This document shows positions 26,604 through 41,438 of a stretch of DNA of 64,000 bases, piece after piece. The position numbers and the translations under genes were made by a program. This DNA is from Eledone cirrhosa (lineage: Eukaryota). Under the pieces are notes generated by a model, which saw only the letters and a program-made list of their open reading frames with translations, did no database searches and was not told the DNA's origin. The stretch spans positions 188,046,001 through 188,110,000 of the forward strand of contig OZ024742.1 of the NCBI GenBank assembly GCA_964016885.1. Reading direction: 5' to 3'. Each line of letters starts with the position of its first letter. Within the stretch, counting starts at the first letter, position 1.

Positions 26604-28321
26604 TATATATATATATACATATATATATTATATTATATTATTATATGTACGTGAAGTACATTCTATTACATCGACAGATGTAATAGAATGATATATAGTG
26701 AGCTGGTGAAAAGCTAGACTAAAATGATTGAAGTGTTCGTAAGTACTGGCTAAATCTTTACAGTAAAAAGGAATGAGTGCTCTCATCAACGAAGATTCGT
26801 CTCTCTATATCTAGGATTGTTGACCATTTCGTGATCTATCAATATTTATACAAAATTGGACATTTGTTTCCTTGAAGAATATACCGTATGATAAGTTAGG
26901 TTTTGTGGTCGTTCGAAGATATTAATACAAATATTTTATTCAAGTATATATTAGAACCAATACAAAGATTTAATTCTGTGTTTCAATGGATTTTAAGTAC
27001 GTGACATTAACAAGAGAGCATGGATCGAAAAGAACAAGGTTGAAGAGAATGCGGTATAAAGCAAAAGAATATATAGATTATTAACTTAATACATAAACAT
27101 ATAATAAACTTTGATATTAAAGTAATTCGAACGCTAGATAAACAGCGGTTGCGTAGCTTGAAGGTATTCTCGACCCACAGTGGAGTACCTAGAGGCGCAA
27201 CATTTTCTCGGGCCTACCATGCCTGACAATTAAATGTGTCCTCGGATTCTGAGCACCCTTGATAAGACAATGGTGAAAAGAAAGGGGAAAATGAATTATT
27301 TCCAAATAGGCATAAAGAAGCACAGTTTTAGTTATGTTACAATTTAAACCGTGTGACTTAACGATTTGGGCCTTGACCTCTTGCGTAAAGCATTGCGTTC
27401 GATTTCGGGACCAGGCAGCACGTTGTCATTAAGTAAGACACGTTATCCTATTGCATCCAATGAGAAAAATGAGATGCGACAGCGTTTGCTTTTCTCATTG
27501 AAAAGAACATTGGCGGAGGTAATTGAAACAGATATGCATGAACTTAGCTGGTCTTCTACAACACATTTAACCTAGATTTGTGCTTTGCAGAGTTTAATGT
27601 ACAGAGGGTAAATAATCAACGAAAGCAGACCTACATCATTTCCCCATCTGATTTTCTATATGAATCATACAGAATAACATTTTCTAATTTCCTGGAAAAT
27701 ATTACTCTCAGTAATTTAACATGTATCACATCTAAATGTAGAATATTGCATGTTTTGTGTATTTGACCTATTGAACTGTTAAGGAAAATCAATAAGAGGA
27801 TGTACACAAAAGCTAAACGAAAATATTTGATTTCAAGAAATTTAATAATTACAAAAATAAATAAAACATACATAAAATTAGAAAAAAATGACATTTATAA
27901 TGTTGTTCTATTATTTGTAAACATTTCGAAGTATCACAATAAATTCTCAAATATTTTCTCACATTTCTTTAACCATCCCACCCAATCATATAGGCAAACC
28001 GTTTATATAGATGAGAGCGAAGGGGATGTACATTATACACACACACACGCACACATACATATATATACATGCTCGCACACACACACATGCACGCGCACAC
28101 ACACACACACAACAAATATATATATATATATATATATAATTGTGTGCATATATATATATATATGTGTGTGTGTGTATATATATACATATGTGTGTGTATA
28201 TATATATATGTGTGTGTGTGTATACATGTGTGTGTATATATGTGTGTGTATATATGTGTATATATATATGTGTTTATATTATATATATGTATATATATAT
28301 ATATATGTGTGTGTGGGGGCG

Positions 28322-28375
<54 letters not shown>

Positions 28376-28910
28376 TAATCTTTTTCTTTATTTTTTTCAA
28401 AGAATCAAAGATGACATTTGTTGGTGGAGAGAGTAACCTCCCGGATATAGCACTTTACATATATATGAACAAAATTACATGTGTACCTTATTTCCAGAGA
28501 GCCACTCTTAAATACAAGAGCAGCTGAATTAGATGTTATTATAGATCATCATTACTCTATAAATCGTCTTGAATATCATGTTTATAGTGGTTTCCTTTTT
28601 TTTGCCGTTTTGCTGCATCTTAAATTGTAAAATTCAATAAAGTAAACTCCTATATGGCAGTAAATAATATGGCATCAGAATATTTAGTAGTATCCCATCT
28701 AGATTCTCGGCTTTTCCCAGGATATCATGGCATCATATCGAATGAAATATCATAATATATAGCATTAGGAATATAATAATCATTTATGCGATAACTTGAT
28801 GTTAAATGTATATGTAAACAAATAAAGATATAGTACGAGCACATCTATCCATATAAACTCATATTCTCCCTCTATTTCTCATATATATATATAATGTATA
28901 TAATGTATAT

Positions 28911-29101
28911 AATTGTTTCTTCTTTAGGCACAAGGCCAGCAATTGTCTCAGTGCATTACTGGTACTTTATTTTATCGACCCCGTAAGGATGAAAGGCAAG
29001 GCTAACCTCGGCGCGATTTGAACTGAGATCATAAAGGGAGGTAACTCTATGCTTCAAAGTATGGCGCCCGACCCTCTACCGATACTGCCAATCCACCGCA
29101 C
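28911..29101 (-). mobile_element. tRNA-derived SINE (main family), full length, 20-bp TSD
   Basis: TSD ATAATGTATATAATGTATAT at 28891-28910 and 29102-29121. Confidence 0.92.
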
Positions 29102-29692
29102 ATAATGTATATAATGTATATCTGTTAGACACGAAGTGACTAACAACAGAATGTTTTAGTCACTTTTAGTGACATATATGTGTAGATCGTCAATTTTTTT
29201 TTCAAGGTCTGGCCGTGGCTGTTGTGACTACATGCCATTGGCTAATTTTCAACCAATCAGAGTAAGTGTTGCTCAAAAGCATCCGCCTTGTTTTTTTGTT
29301 TGTTTTCCTAGTTCAGTTATTTTGGTTATTTCGTCGTTATATGATTTTTTAAAATTTATAAATATTTTAAAAACAAATATAATATATCTCATTAATTTGC
29401 TCAGGGAATAAAGAAAATGTATATAGACTGATAATTGCAATTGTATGTAAATATTTTATTTCTATATTGTTTATTTATTTTATGTTTTCTATATTGATTT
29501 AATATTGATTGTTTTTTGTTGTTGTTTATATTAAAAGTCTGAAAATATTTTTATACATCTTACACTAATATTTATAAGATCATTTATAATAACAATTATA
29601 TAATCTAATTACATTACAGCGATAATTTATTATTAATATATATCATGTTTAACTAGAGTTATTACAAACGTTGCCTTAAATAAAATATTAAA

Positions 29693-30747
29693 CTAGACAT
29701 GAAAAATGCGCAGGCTCAAAAGAGCCACATCATTTTGTAATAAACCTTCAAAAGTGTGGGACTAGAGTTGTTACTCAAAAATATTGTAATCATTATCTAT
29801 CGTACATTATGTGGCATCCTTTATAAAAATATCACAATAAATACATCTATGTTTAATGTAATAACAGCTATAAATAATTACGTAATATTATTATCATATA
29901 CAGTCTGAGTTCAAATCCCGCCGAGGTTAACTTTGCCTTTCATCCTTACGGGGTCGATAAAATAAAGTACCAGTAATGTACTGGGTAATTGCTGGCCTTG
30001 TGCCTAAAGTAGAAACAATTATTATCATATACTCATAGTCTCTTTTTTATAAAATCTGTGGCATCCTTTTATAAAAAAGAGACTCATAAGGAACTCAAGA
30101 CGACACGATAATTAATTAAGTGAATTTATAATATAGAATTTGGTTTAAGTGCAGTTCGTATTAATCATTACTAAACATCTAATATGAGATATTGGACATT
30201 AGCTTAAACCAACCATGGCTTTCTTTTTACACTATTTCATTGCATGCAAATTACCATGAGATCATGATATTAGATATAAGATACAGCAGAATATCTACAT
30301 CTGTAAAAGTACGAAAGCGAAGTAATGATAAATGGCTTAAGGTAATTCCAATATGAAAGTTTGCAGTGATAAAAATGTGATGATACAATACGATTGTTAA
30401 TGTTATATTTCGACGAAAATGTAAAAATATATAACTAAATTATTTTAATATTAGTATATTTATAAAATTATCATTATAGATTTGATCGTTCATATAAGAA
30501 TCATATTAATTTTCAACACAATTATTTAGTTACTATGCGTATATGATAATAATATTACGTAATTATTTATAGCTGTTATTACATTAAACATAGATGTATT
30601 TATTGTGATATTTTTATAAAGGATGCCACAGATTGTACGATAGATAATGATTACAATATTTTTAAGTAATAACTCTAGACCCACACTTTTGCAGGTTTAT
30701 TATATCATTCTGTGGCTCTTTTGAGCTTGCGCATTTTTCATGTCTAG
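29693..30747. mobile_element. Non-autonomous DNA transposon/foldback element with ~215-bp TIRs
   Basis: CTAGACATGAAAAATGCGCA.. / ..TGCGCATTTTTCATGTCTAG; arms 29693-~29901 and ~30532-30747; TA on the right flank, AA on the left. Confidence 0.85.
29902..30017 (+). mobile_element. 5'-truncated main-family SINE nested in the left TIR, 15-bp TSD
   Basis: TSD ATTATTATCATATAC at 29887-29901 and 30018-30032; absent from the right TIR. Confidence 0.9.
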
Positions 30748-30825
30748 TAATGTATGTGTAGAAAATATCCGTAAATAGATCTAGTGCAAATATAGCTGGT
30801 ATATTATTTATCTATGTTTGGTCAA

Positions 30826-30985
30826 TTGGCAGTATCGGTAGAGGGTCGGACGCCATGCTTTCCAGCATAGTTACGTCCCTTTACGGTCTGAGTTCAAATC
30901 CAGTCGAGGTTAACTTTGCCTTTCATCCTTACCGGGTCGATAAAATAAAGTACCAGTAATGTACTGGATAATTGCTGACCTAGTG
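30826..30985 (+). mobile_element. tRNA-derived SINE (main family)
   Basis: Same head and core as other copies. Confidence 0.9.
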
Positions 30986-31069
30986 TGCCATCTTTGCTGG
31001 TCTAGTGTGTCATCCACGCACGGCTTCTATGGTAGCTGCAACATAACGAATTTCAAATGCCCATAGGCA

Positions 31070-31675
31070 AATAATTGAAGCACTGAAAGGTGGCAAGTTC
31101 TTTGGGAAGGACGAATTTAGGCTGACTCGTGTCCGGCGTGGATACTTGGAAGTTTACCCTATTAATCGCTATCCCGAGAGATAGTTCCACTTTTCCAATA
31201 TGTCACCTTGTTAAGCCTCTCGGTAAAGTCTACGATAAGATTTAGGAATATTGCCCAGTTCAAGCTAACAGGACAAATGTGGGGTTTTCGCCCCGGACGT
31301 AGCAGAGACTATCAAATATCTGTTCTGCAGAAGGTCGTCGAGATATCGCAGTAACATTGCCAAGTGATGTATCCTTCTTTCGTGAATATGAAAAAGGCAT
31401 ACTACTGCGTTCCATTAGAATTTTCTTGGAAAATTCTGCTTGAATAATTGATTGACGGACAGCTCCATGTTACCTAAAAATACCTATGTGAATGCCCTTG
31501 TATTTTTATTTGGATAAATGGTGCTTGATGGAAACCAATTAATGTGGCTGGCGGGCTCTGCCAAGAGTGCGTAATTTCAGCTCTCCTATTTATAAGCTTC
31601 ATGTGCAGGATTAACATGCATAACCACGTTAGAGTTGGTATAAAAACAGGCGAGTGTAAGTTGGAGGAGCTATCA
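31070..31675 (+). pseudogene. RTE-clade LINE reverse transcriptase fragment
   Basis: GFRPGRSRDYQISVLQKVVE..FVNMKKAYYCVP..WKILLE*..GGLCQECVISALLFISFMCRI corresponds to RT motifs GFRxGR / FVDLEKAFD / GLRQGCxLSPxLF, with stops. Confidence 0.88.
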
Positions 31676-32866
31676 CCCGGCTGGAATATACAGACGGCAT
31701 GATACTATTTAATTCACCACACGTGAATTTATAAAAACCAATTTTATAACGAGGCAGTTAGTTATTTCATTATATATCTCTAATTTTTAAACTTGTTTTT
31801 TCAAAATTATTTGAACATCATTAACCGTCTGTTTCATTAGAAATGTATATGCATGTAATAATATACCTATCGGTGCAGTATGTTTTGTCTCTGTGATCAT
31901 TTCAGCTTTATTCCTCAACTAATGAAGCTCCAACATATCCCAACCTTATATTAACACTTTGTCAACATTTCTTATAACACTGGCAGAGATGCCAATGTAC
32001 GAAGCTTCCAACCTTTTGATGCGTGTCTATAGTGTTTAATGTTTTAACTAAGACTGTGTAGAGAGAAACAATATAATAGGGTACTACTTGGTAAGTCTCT
32101 CAGATTCTACAGATAGTTAAACCAATAATTGTAGGGGCGTAGCTCCAACGCATTAATAGATTTTGGTAGCACATTTAGATACTCTCTGTTTAGATATTAA
32201 TGAAAAATATATTAAAAAAAACCCGAATGAGTAAAAGATAACGCTGGGTTAACTATTTTACGTTTAAGTCAGCAACATTTCAAATAAGATATCTGAGAAT
32301 TCATGCAACACTAAAGCCCATTCGATAAACCCGTAATGACACTCATCTTCATCCTACCAGACTTCCCAAATAAATGTAATCTACTGCTATTCAGTTCGAT
32401 ATTTCCATACTAACCATATCACGTACGCACGGACATGTATGCATGCAGACATGCATGAGTCAGATATACAAGTACATCAATGATGTTCTGGCCCCTCTTT
32501 ATATATGGATATATGAATGAACATACTTTTGCATATCCGAGGATCTACGAGAATAACTAATTTACATTAATAGATTAATAGAAGGCCTTAGATATATTTC
32601 TAAGCATTCGAACCTTCATACCATTTTAGATGAAAGGAAAAGAGAATACTTCTGTGTCGTAGTGTTTCAAGTGAAATATCTAGTCCGGCTAAACGGATAA
32701 TCAGACACAGCTCCTCACTAAGGTACACATGACTGTTCAAAAGATAGCACAAAATCAGCCCCTCCACATATATATATATATGTAGATTTTAAGTTACATC
32801 AGGGGTAACCACAATTGAATGTAAACCTCATTATTCAAAAGGGAAATGGTGTATATGGTAATGTGG

Positions 32867-32961
<95 letters not shown>

Positions 32962-32965
<4 letters not shown>

Positions 32966-33325
32966 AAACGTTCAAGACCCCGACGGCAGAGCACAAGCCG
33001 TTTCGACGGCTATTTCTGGACAAATTAGAATTTTTAGCCTGGTAATAAATAGCCAAACTTTTCAAGGCGTAATTCCTTATATGGGAAGATTGTAGTTGTG
33101 AAAAGGATTGGTCAACATTTCTTGTAAATACAATTAAATCTTGCATGGCGGTGGATGGGAGGTGTAGGTGGCTGAACTTGCCCGTAGAGCAATGAGGAAG
33201 TGGGTGGAGCCGGGCAAGCGTTGAAAGTGGATTCTATACAGCAACTTCTAAGGAGTGTGTAAGAAATTAGTCTAGCTATAAAGCAGGCGGAATAAGAGTT
33301 CTGGAGGAATCTGAGAGTGGGAAGC

Positions 33326-33378
<53 letters not shown>

Positions 33379-33563
33379 GGAATTGTGGTAAGGTACCAGA
33401 TGGGCCATAACGGACCAAAGTACTCAATACTTAGGGTGGTAGAGTGGGTAATTTGAACAAGTATGACTCCGACGGCAGAGCTCAAGCCGTTTCAACGACT
33501 ATTTCTGGACCACCGAAATAGCCGATGTTCGGCTTGAGCTCTGCCGTCGGGGGTCATACGTGT

Positions 33564-33570
<7 letters not shown>
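32962..33570. mobile_element. Family C copies (32962-33020 minus half; 33374-33570 fold-back with tail)
   Basis: GACCCCGACGGCAGAGC.CAAGCCGTTTC.ACGGCTATTTCTGGAC and inverted partner. Confidence 0.8.
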
Positions 33571-33604
<34 letters not shown>

Positions 33605-33639
33605 TAGAAATGGTAGAATATTAAATGTTAAATGTTAAT

Positions 33640-33678
33640 TGAACAAGTACTTTCATGCTTTAGCAATCCTCAGGTTCA
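33640..33678 (-). ncRNA. 39-nt minimal type-I HHR
   Basis: Minus strand TGAAC-CTGAGGA-TTGCTAAAGCAT-GAAA-GTAC-TT-GTTCA; palindromic GTAC in place of stem III; first stem II pair is U.U. Confidence 0.6.
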
Positions 33679-33922
33679 TATTCAGTGGTGACAGTAAAGT
33701 TTGCTATTATATATATATATATATATGAAAACAGAGAGAAAGAGATGATTACTAGGAAGAAAAATATATTCTTTTCCTTTTTTGTTTCTTTCTCTCTTTT
33801 TTCTGGGTTAGAAAATGATTAAAACGAAATGTTTTACTTTGTGTGAAGTGTTAAGGTATTAGTTGATTTATTTATTATTTAACAATGGCATTTATTTATC
33901 TATTAATATATTTAATAATTGT

Positions 33923-33961
33923 CTATTACCGGTTTCAGCATTTTTATGCATTATCAAATGG
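33923..33961 (-). ncRNA. Degenerate minimal HHR with U3-A8 core
   Basis: Minus strand CCAT-TTGATAA-TGCATAAAAATGCT-GAAA-CCGG-TA-ATAG. Confidence 0.4.
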
Positions 33962-34124
33962 TAGTGAAATGTATTAGTGTGGTGTCGCACATGTTAAACA
34001 GAAGGTGCAGAAAGAATAATGTTATTTACAAATAAGGTTTATGAAATGAAAAGAAAAAAAGGAAAAGGAAAAAAACGTGCATAATGTAGAGCATAAAAAG
34101 TCAATGTGGAAGAAAAAATAATGC

Positions 34125-34885
34125 GCACTCGATAGGGTATATAATCCTAGAGTTATAACATTGCGTTTAGACAGCTTTGCAAATTGAAGATAGCGACCGT
34201 TAGAAGGGCCGCAGTGACCATAGCAACGAAAAAGACTGAACTCACGAAACATTTTTTGACTAACCTGGACCATAACGTCGACATCATACACAACATATAA
34301 TATATACCATATAATATACATTACATATAATCCGCTAGGTTTCTGTAAATCCGAAATCGACAAATTCCACTTGCAGGGGTCTGCAAGTTAATGGTTTTTG
34401 AAGATAGAACAATGGAGTGTACTTCGTCAACAAGTTTTTCGTTCTCGACCGCTTGGGTGTTTATGCTAGAGTAAGCGCTGGTAGCAAGCACATGGTTTTC
34501 CCAAAGGGAGTTAACCCCCGATTATGCCGGTCAATTCCAAATTTGGAACAACGTAATACAAATTCCTTTACACAAACCGAATTAAGCACTCAACTAGAAG
34601 TTATCAAACAAACATAAGCAATTAATCGATCAATAGAATTGTCTAATTAAATTAATCAATTAATCGTTAATTCTAGGTGATAATAATACAACAGTTAGTA
34701 CAGCATCAACGAAGCCCAGGTTGCAGCCAAGCTAACGAATGAAGTTTCGGTGTGCAGCGAAGCACTCGATAGGGTATATAACCCTATAATTATACCATTA
34801 CGTTTAGACAGCTTTGAAAATTGAAGACAGCGACCGACAGAAGGGCCGCAGTGACTATAGCGACGAAAAAGACTGAACTCAAGAA
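34125..34885. repeat. ~120-bp direct repeats (34125-34243 / 34763-34881) about 638 bp apart; related copy at 38930-39055
   Basis: GCACTCGATAGGGTATATAA..GTTTAGACAGCTTTG..GAAGGGCCGCAGTGAC..GAAAAAGACTGAACTCA. Confidence 0.8.
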
Positions 34886-34949
34886 GAAAAAAAAAAATAT
34901 ATATATATATACATATATATAATAAACTTTTGTGCTATTTTTTGACTAA

Positions 34950-35125
34950 AGAAATCTTAGCCTGAAATTGGGGTTTAGAACCCTTTAAGTAATAGAAGAT
35001 GATGAGTATTGACGTACATGTACGTCAATACTCATCTGTTTCCATTTTTTAGAGGGTTCGAAACCCCACTTTCAGGCTAACATTTCAAAAGAAAAAGATG
35101 AGTATTGACGTACATATACGTCAAT
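34950..35125. repeat. Nested palindromic repeat
   Basis: Perfect 36-bp palindrome at 35001-35036 flanked by imperfect ~35-bp inverted arms, partially repeated at ~35097-35125. Confidence 0.8.
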
Positions 35126-35146
35126 ATATATATATATATATATATG

Positions 35147-35851
35147 ATATTAATAAATGGAAAATATCTTTATAAAACCATATTTATTTTATTTTAAGTA
35201 TTTCAAGGGTAGTAATATTTTAGTACGCTTTCGTCAGATAAAATACAACAATTGGTGTAAAGATAGTGACATATCTTCATGTTCATTGAAGATAGTGAAT
35301 ATCATTTTTCAAACCCAGGGGAATGCTAATGAGGATAACGCTAAAACTGAAAAGGACCGTTAAGTTTAGACGCCAGACAGATTTTAAATATTTACCTACA
35401 TTTTTTTAAAAAAGGTTTGGCTATTATATTTTAAAACATATATTGTAAAGTTAATTTAGGATTTTTTATAGAAACATGCTTATATACACCCAAACATATT
35501 TACATGGGTATAGAAAGAATGATATAATTATATGTATTTATTTATTTATTTAATTTTATAATATATTTTAAGAATATGGAAGTGTTTATAATATTTAGGC
35601 GAGATTATAAAGTAATGTATTAAATTGAGAACTATCAATTTATCAAAGCAATTACAACAATATAATATGAGAAAGATAACCTGTATTTAGATATACGAGT
35701 AGATATATTTTACGCATATATCTTAATATTAATATTATGATGAGTGCAGTTATAAATATAATGTATTGTAGTATAAGACATTATTGAATATCGTCATTAA
35801 AAAATCTATGTAGTACGTAAATGATTATGCGTGAATATAGATCTTATTTAA

Positions 35852-35903
<52 letters not shown>

Positions 35904-37190
35904 GGCGAGAGATAGAATTATGAAAGAGCGTAGTATATATCAAGCGAAAATATACATGCATTTTTTATATATACCTTAAGAATGTGAAAACAATTATATT
36001 CTTTTAAGGGAAGATGTATAATATTATGTATAATCTATTATTGTATAAGGTTAGTTATATATATTTAAACATTTATGTAAAATTTGAATGTCTCGTATAT
36101 GTGAATTGTAAGCAAACTTTTATTAGGGGGAAGATAACTCTATTGTTTAGTAATTTGAGGATTGTATATTATTTAAAGATACATTGTTTTATCTAATGTT
36201 TAACCTAATAATTAATTATAATTCATATTATAATATGAGTAAAACTTTCTACAAGATTTCAGAGCACCATATAGTAAATATGGTTTTGATAATAATAAAT
36301 AGATACATATTTCTATGTATACATTTTGATAATAATAAGTATTTCTATGTATAAATTTAAGAACTTTTAAAGACAACAAAAAATAGGCAAGTTATACAGA
36401 CCATATGTAGTATTTTCTATAAATTGTAAGTATTGTGAAATATTCTGGAGAATCGATGCCAACAAGAATTAAATATTTCCTGCTAATAATATTACCAGGA
36501 TTGGTAATTATATGAAAAATTTCCTCAATAGCTAGATGAGAAATTCTTGCGAGAGCCATATTTTGGTAAACTGGTACAATCGATGTCATTCGCCAAGAGA
36601 TTGAATAGTCAGTGTTACTGCCATTTTAAAGACCAAATTAATTGTCTGGTTGAAAATTTTTGTCCGGTCGTTTGAAAGTATGTTTATGATTATACCAATG
36701 GTCCTAACATTTTGATGAAGTAGCGCCTATATAATTATATAATCTATTTCTAGTTGTTATGGTGCATTTGTATACTAAATTTCTATCAAGGCAATTATTC
36801 TGTAAAGGGCATTAAACAGATTTAGATAAATATTTAAAATCTATCTAGCGTCTAAACTTACCGGTCCTTTTCAGTTTTAACGTCATCCTCATTAGCATAT
36901 TTCCCCTGAGTTTTGGAAAATGATATTCACTATCTTCAATAAACATATAACATGAAGTTCACAGGTAGATATGTCACTATCCTTACACCAATATTGTATT
37001 TCATCTGACGAACTGAAATATTAGTACCCTTGAAATACGTATAATAAAATAAATATGGTTTTATAAAAGTATTTTCCATTTATTGCTATTATTGATATTA
37101 ATGATACTCGGGATAAATTTCTTGATTGCTTCTAATATGTTGCAAATTAATTTTGTTAAATAGTCAACAAACCAAATAACTCATTGTTTT
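35147..37190 (-). mobile_element. 5'-truncated PLE (family A parent) with 3' pseudo-LTR and inverted 5' pseudo-LTR copy
   Basis: ~250-bp inverted repeats 35147-35393 / ~36828-37085, HHR motifs at 35185-35245 (-) and 36997-37051 (+), GIY-YIG remnant inside, (TA)n flanks. Confidence 0.8.
36450..36811 (-). pseudogene. PLE GIY-YIG endonuclease remnant
   Basis: CPLQNNCLDRNLVYKCTITTRNRLYNYIGATSSKC*DHWYNHKHTFKR..(frameshift)LIWSLK..DYSISWR..PVYQN..EEIFHII. Confidence 0.85.
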
Positions 37191-37266
<76 letters not shown>

Positions 37267-37291
37267 GCATATATATATATATATATATATA

Positions 37292-37400
<109 letters not shown>

Positions 37401-37437
37401 GTATATATATATATGTATATATATATATGTATATATA

Positions 37438-37495
<58 letters not shown>

Positions 37496-37537
37496 TATAT
37501 ATGTATGTATATATATATGTATATTTATATATATATT

Positions 37538-38068
<531 letters not shown>

Positions 38069-38139
38069 ATATATATACATGTATATATATAGGTATACAT
38101 ATGTATATATATATGTAGATGTATATCTATATATGTATG

Positions 38140-38248
<109 letters not shown>

Positions 38249-38468
38249 ATATATGTAGCGTTCGGTGGGGGTTCTCTTACGTGGATATAAAGTAGTGGCC
38301 GTACTCGAAAACGAGTTGGCAGCCACCATATGTATATATATATGTATATATGTATGTATATATATGTATATATACGTATATATATATATGCATATATGTA
38401 TATATGTGTATATATGTATATATATATATATAAATGTGTGTATAAATGTATATATATATATATATGTT

Positions 38469-38502
<34 letters not shown>

Positions 38503-38658
38503 CATATATATATGTATATATGTATATATATATATTTATGTATATATATATATATGTATATATATACATATATATATACATATATACATATATATATATA
38601 AATGTATATATATATACACATATATATATATATGCATATATATATCTATATATATATG

Positions 38659-38706
<48 letters not shown>

Positions 38707-38730
38707 CATATATATATACATATATACATA

Positions 38731-38818
<88 letters not shown>

Positions 38819-38881
38819 GGCATATATATGTATCTATATATATATGTATATATATATTTATACACACACACACACACACAC

Positions 38882-38928
<47 letters not shown>

Positions 38929-39194
38929 AATGGTGAGTTCAGCATAATCGAAGTTCTGGCTGCATCTAAGATAACGAGTGCAATCGGAATGTGCAGCTAA
39001 GCACTCAATAATTTATTTTACCTTAGATTTATAACATTATGTTTAGACAGCAATCGAGAATATGAATATATGCATATATATATATACATATATATACATA
39101 CATATATATACATATATATATATACGTATATATATACATATATATATATGTATATATATATATGTATTTGTATATATATATGTATATATATATA

Positions 39195-39252
<58 letters not shown>

Positions 39253-39350
39253 CGTATATATATACATATATATATATGTATATATATATGTATATGTATA
39301 TATATATGTATATATATATGTATATATATATATATATGTATATATATATG

Positions 39351-39409
<59 letters not shown>

Positions 39410-39439
39410 ATATATATATATACATATATATATACATAC

Positions 39440-39558
<119 letters not shown>

Positions 39559-39870
39559 GACAGGGGGGAAGAAAAAATGGTATATATATATATATATATA
39601 TGTAAATATATATATATATATATATATATGCATATATACATATTTTCGATGCGAGAAAAACCTCAAGGCCCCCATCTCAATCCTACTTTTGAAAGGCATA
39701 AGAACTGTGAAACAGGTAAATGAACCAAATAAATATTCTTAAAAAGACTCCAGTCGCATTTTCGATTTCATCTTTTTTCACTCGTGTAGGACAACTCGTT
39801 TTTTTAAAAAAAAAAGATCATCTTCTAATTTATATTTATATATATAATTATTTATTTATCAATAAATCAA

Positions 39871-40062
39871 GGGCGATGGATTGGCAGTATCGGTAGAGAG
39901 TCGGACGCCATGCTTTGAAGCATAGATTTACGTTCCTTTATGATCTGAGTTCAAATCACGTCGAGGTTAACTTTGCCTTTCATCCTTACGGGGTCGATAA
40001 AATAAAGTACCAGTAATGTACTGGGTAATTGCTGACCTTGTGCCTAAAATAGAAACAATTAT
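39871..40062 (+). mobile_element. tRNA-derived SINE (main family), full length
   Basis: GGCGATGGATTGGCAGTATCGG..GAGTTCAAATC..GTGCCTAAAATAGAAACAATTATT. Confidence 0.92.
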
Positions 40063-40896
40063 TTATTCATCAATAATTAATAATACTGTAATCCTCGAAC
40101 GAAAAGATCCGCGATCATGCAAACGCCATCGCCACCGTTGCTTCTCCCACCTAAGGCTACACCATCACCACCTCAATCTCAGTACTAACATCATTACTAC
40201 TACTACTGCATCACTGCAGCAGTAGGGACTATATTATTTCGAGTATGGTACTGCCACTCTCAAACTATTTTACTTCTCCAGCAACACGCGAAACACACCA
40301 GCAACACTGCAGCTCACTTAATATTCCTGTCCTTACCCCTCCCCCACCACTCATTTCCCTACTCCTCCCCATCATCATTACTATTACCATCATCCATTTA
40401 TCTCATCTTCTCTTCCTCACTCTTCTAACCCTTCCTCGTTACTACACACCATTTTCTTCTTTCTTTCCATCAATATTCCGGCTTACTGTTTATACCTCTT
40501 GTTTTCCTCTTTTCGGTGTTCTCCGTTTTCAACAAGGGTGTTATTATTCTTGCCGTTGTAGTTGCTTTTGTTGTTGTTTTGTTGTGGTTGTAGTTGTTGT
40601 TGCTGTTGTCGTTTTGTTGTTGTTGTTTTTATGGTATGCATTCTCTTTTTTTTCATTTTTAGACTATTGTTTTTGTCATATTCTGCCTCTCACACTCCCC
40701 GGACATTTCTCCCTTTTTCAATTTCTCCCTTTCTTTGACTTCCTCTCCCCCCACACCTTCTTCCTTCCCCTTCACCTCCTACTTTTCCCTTTCAGCCGTT
40801 GTTTTATGTTTGAGACAAGTTTGCGATTGTTTTTGTTGTCATTTCGCCTCCTTATTGCTTCCCATTTTTCTTCACACACACACACACACACACACA

Positions 40897-40942
<46 letters not shown>

Positions 40943-40944
40943 TA

Positions 40945-40976
<32 letters not shown>

Positions 40977-41438
40977 TACACACACACACACACATACACA
41001 CATCACACCACACACACCACACACACACACACACATACACACACATACAGACACACACACACACAAAAACACACATAATGCTATTGCCCGAATTTTTTTA
41101 AAATTATATCGTAATTTGTTTTCGTTTATTTCGTTTATTTCTTACTTTTTTCTCCGTCCAATATATTTCTAGGGTGTCGCCCCAGCCTACCATAACTTAA
41201 GTTGAAATAACGGACACTCCAAAAGAGAACATCACCAAATAACCAAATAAGAGTAGTTTAAAATTGAATAAAATGAAAACTCTAGAATGAATAACAAGAA
41301 TAATAACATTAATCGCACCAATGCTATATTGTGATGGATTAATTGATGTAAACCCCAAATCTGTGTTGTTTTTGTTCTTGTAGTGGCTGTATTTTATTAG
41401 ACCCTTTTGGCCAATATAGCATATCATTAATAATAATA

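Noticed and set aside
33030-33330. Possible coding remnant next to family C
   Set aside because: Frames I translated gave no recognisable PLE or LINE motif
40245-41078. 277-aa hydrophobic ORF
   Set aside because: Low-complexity pyrimidine, GTT and CA repeats; no domain
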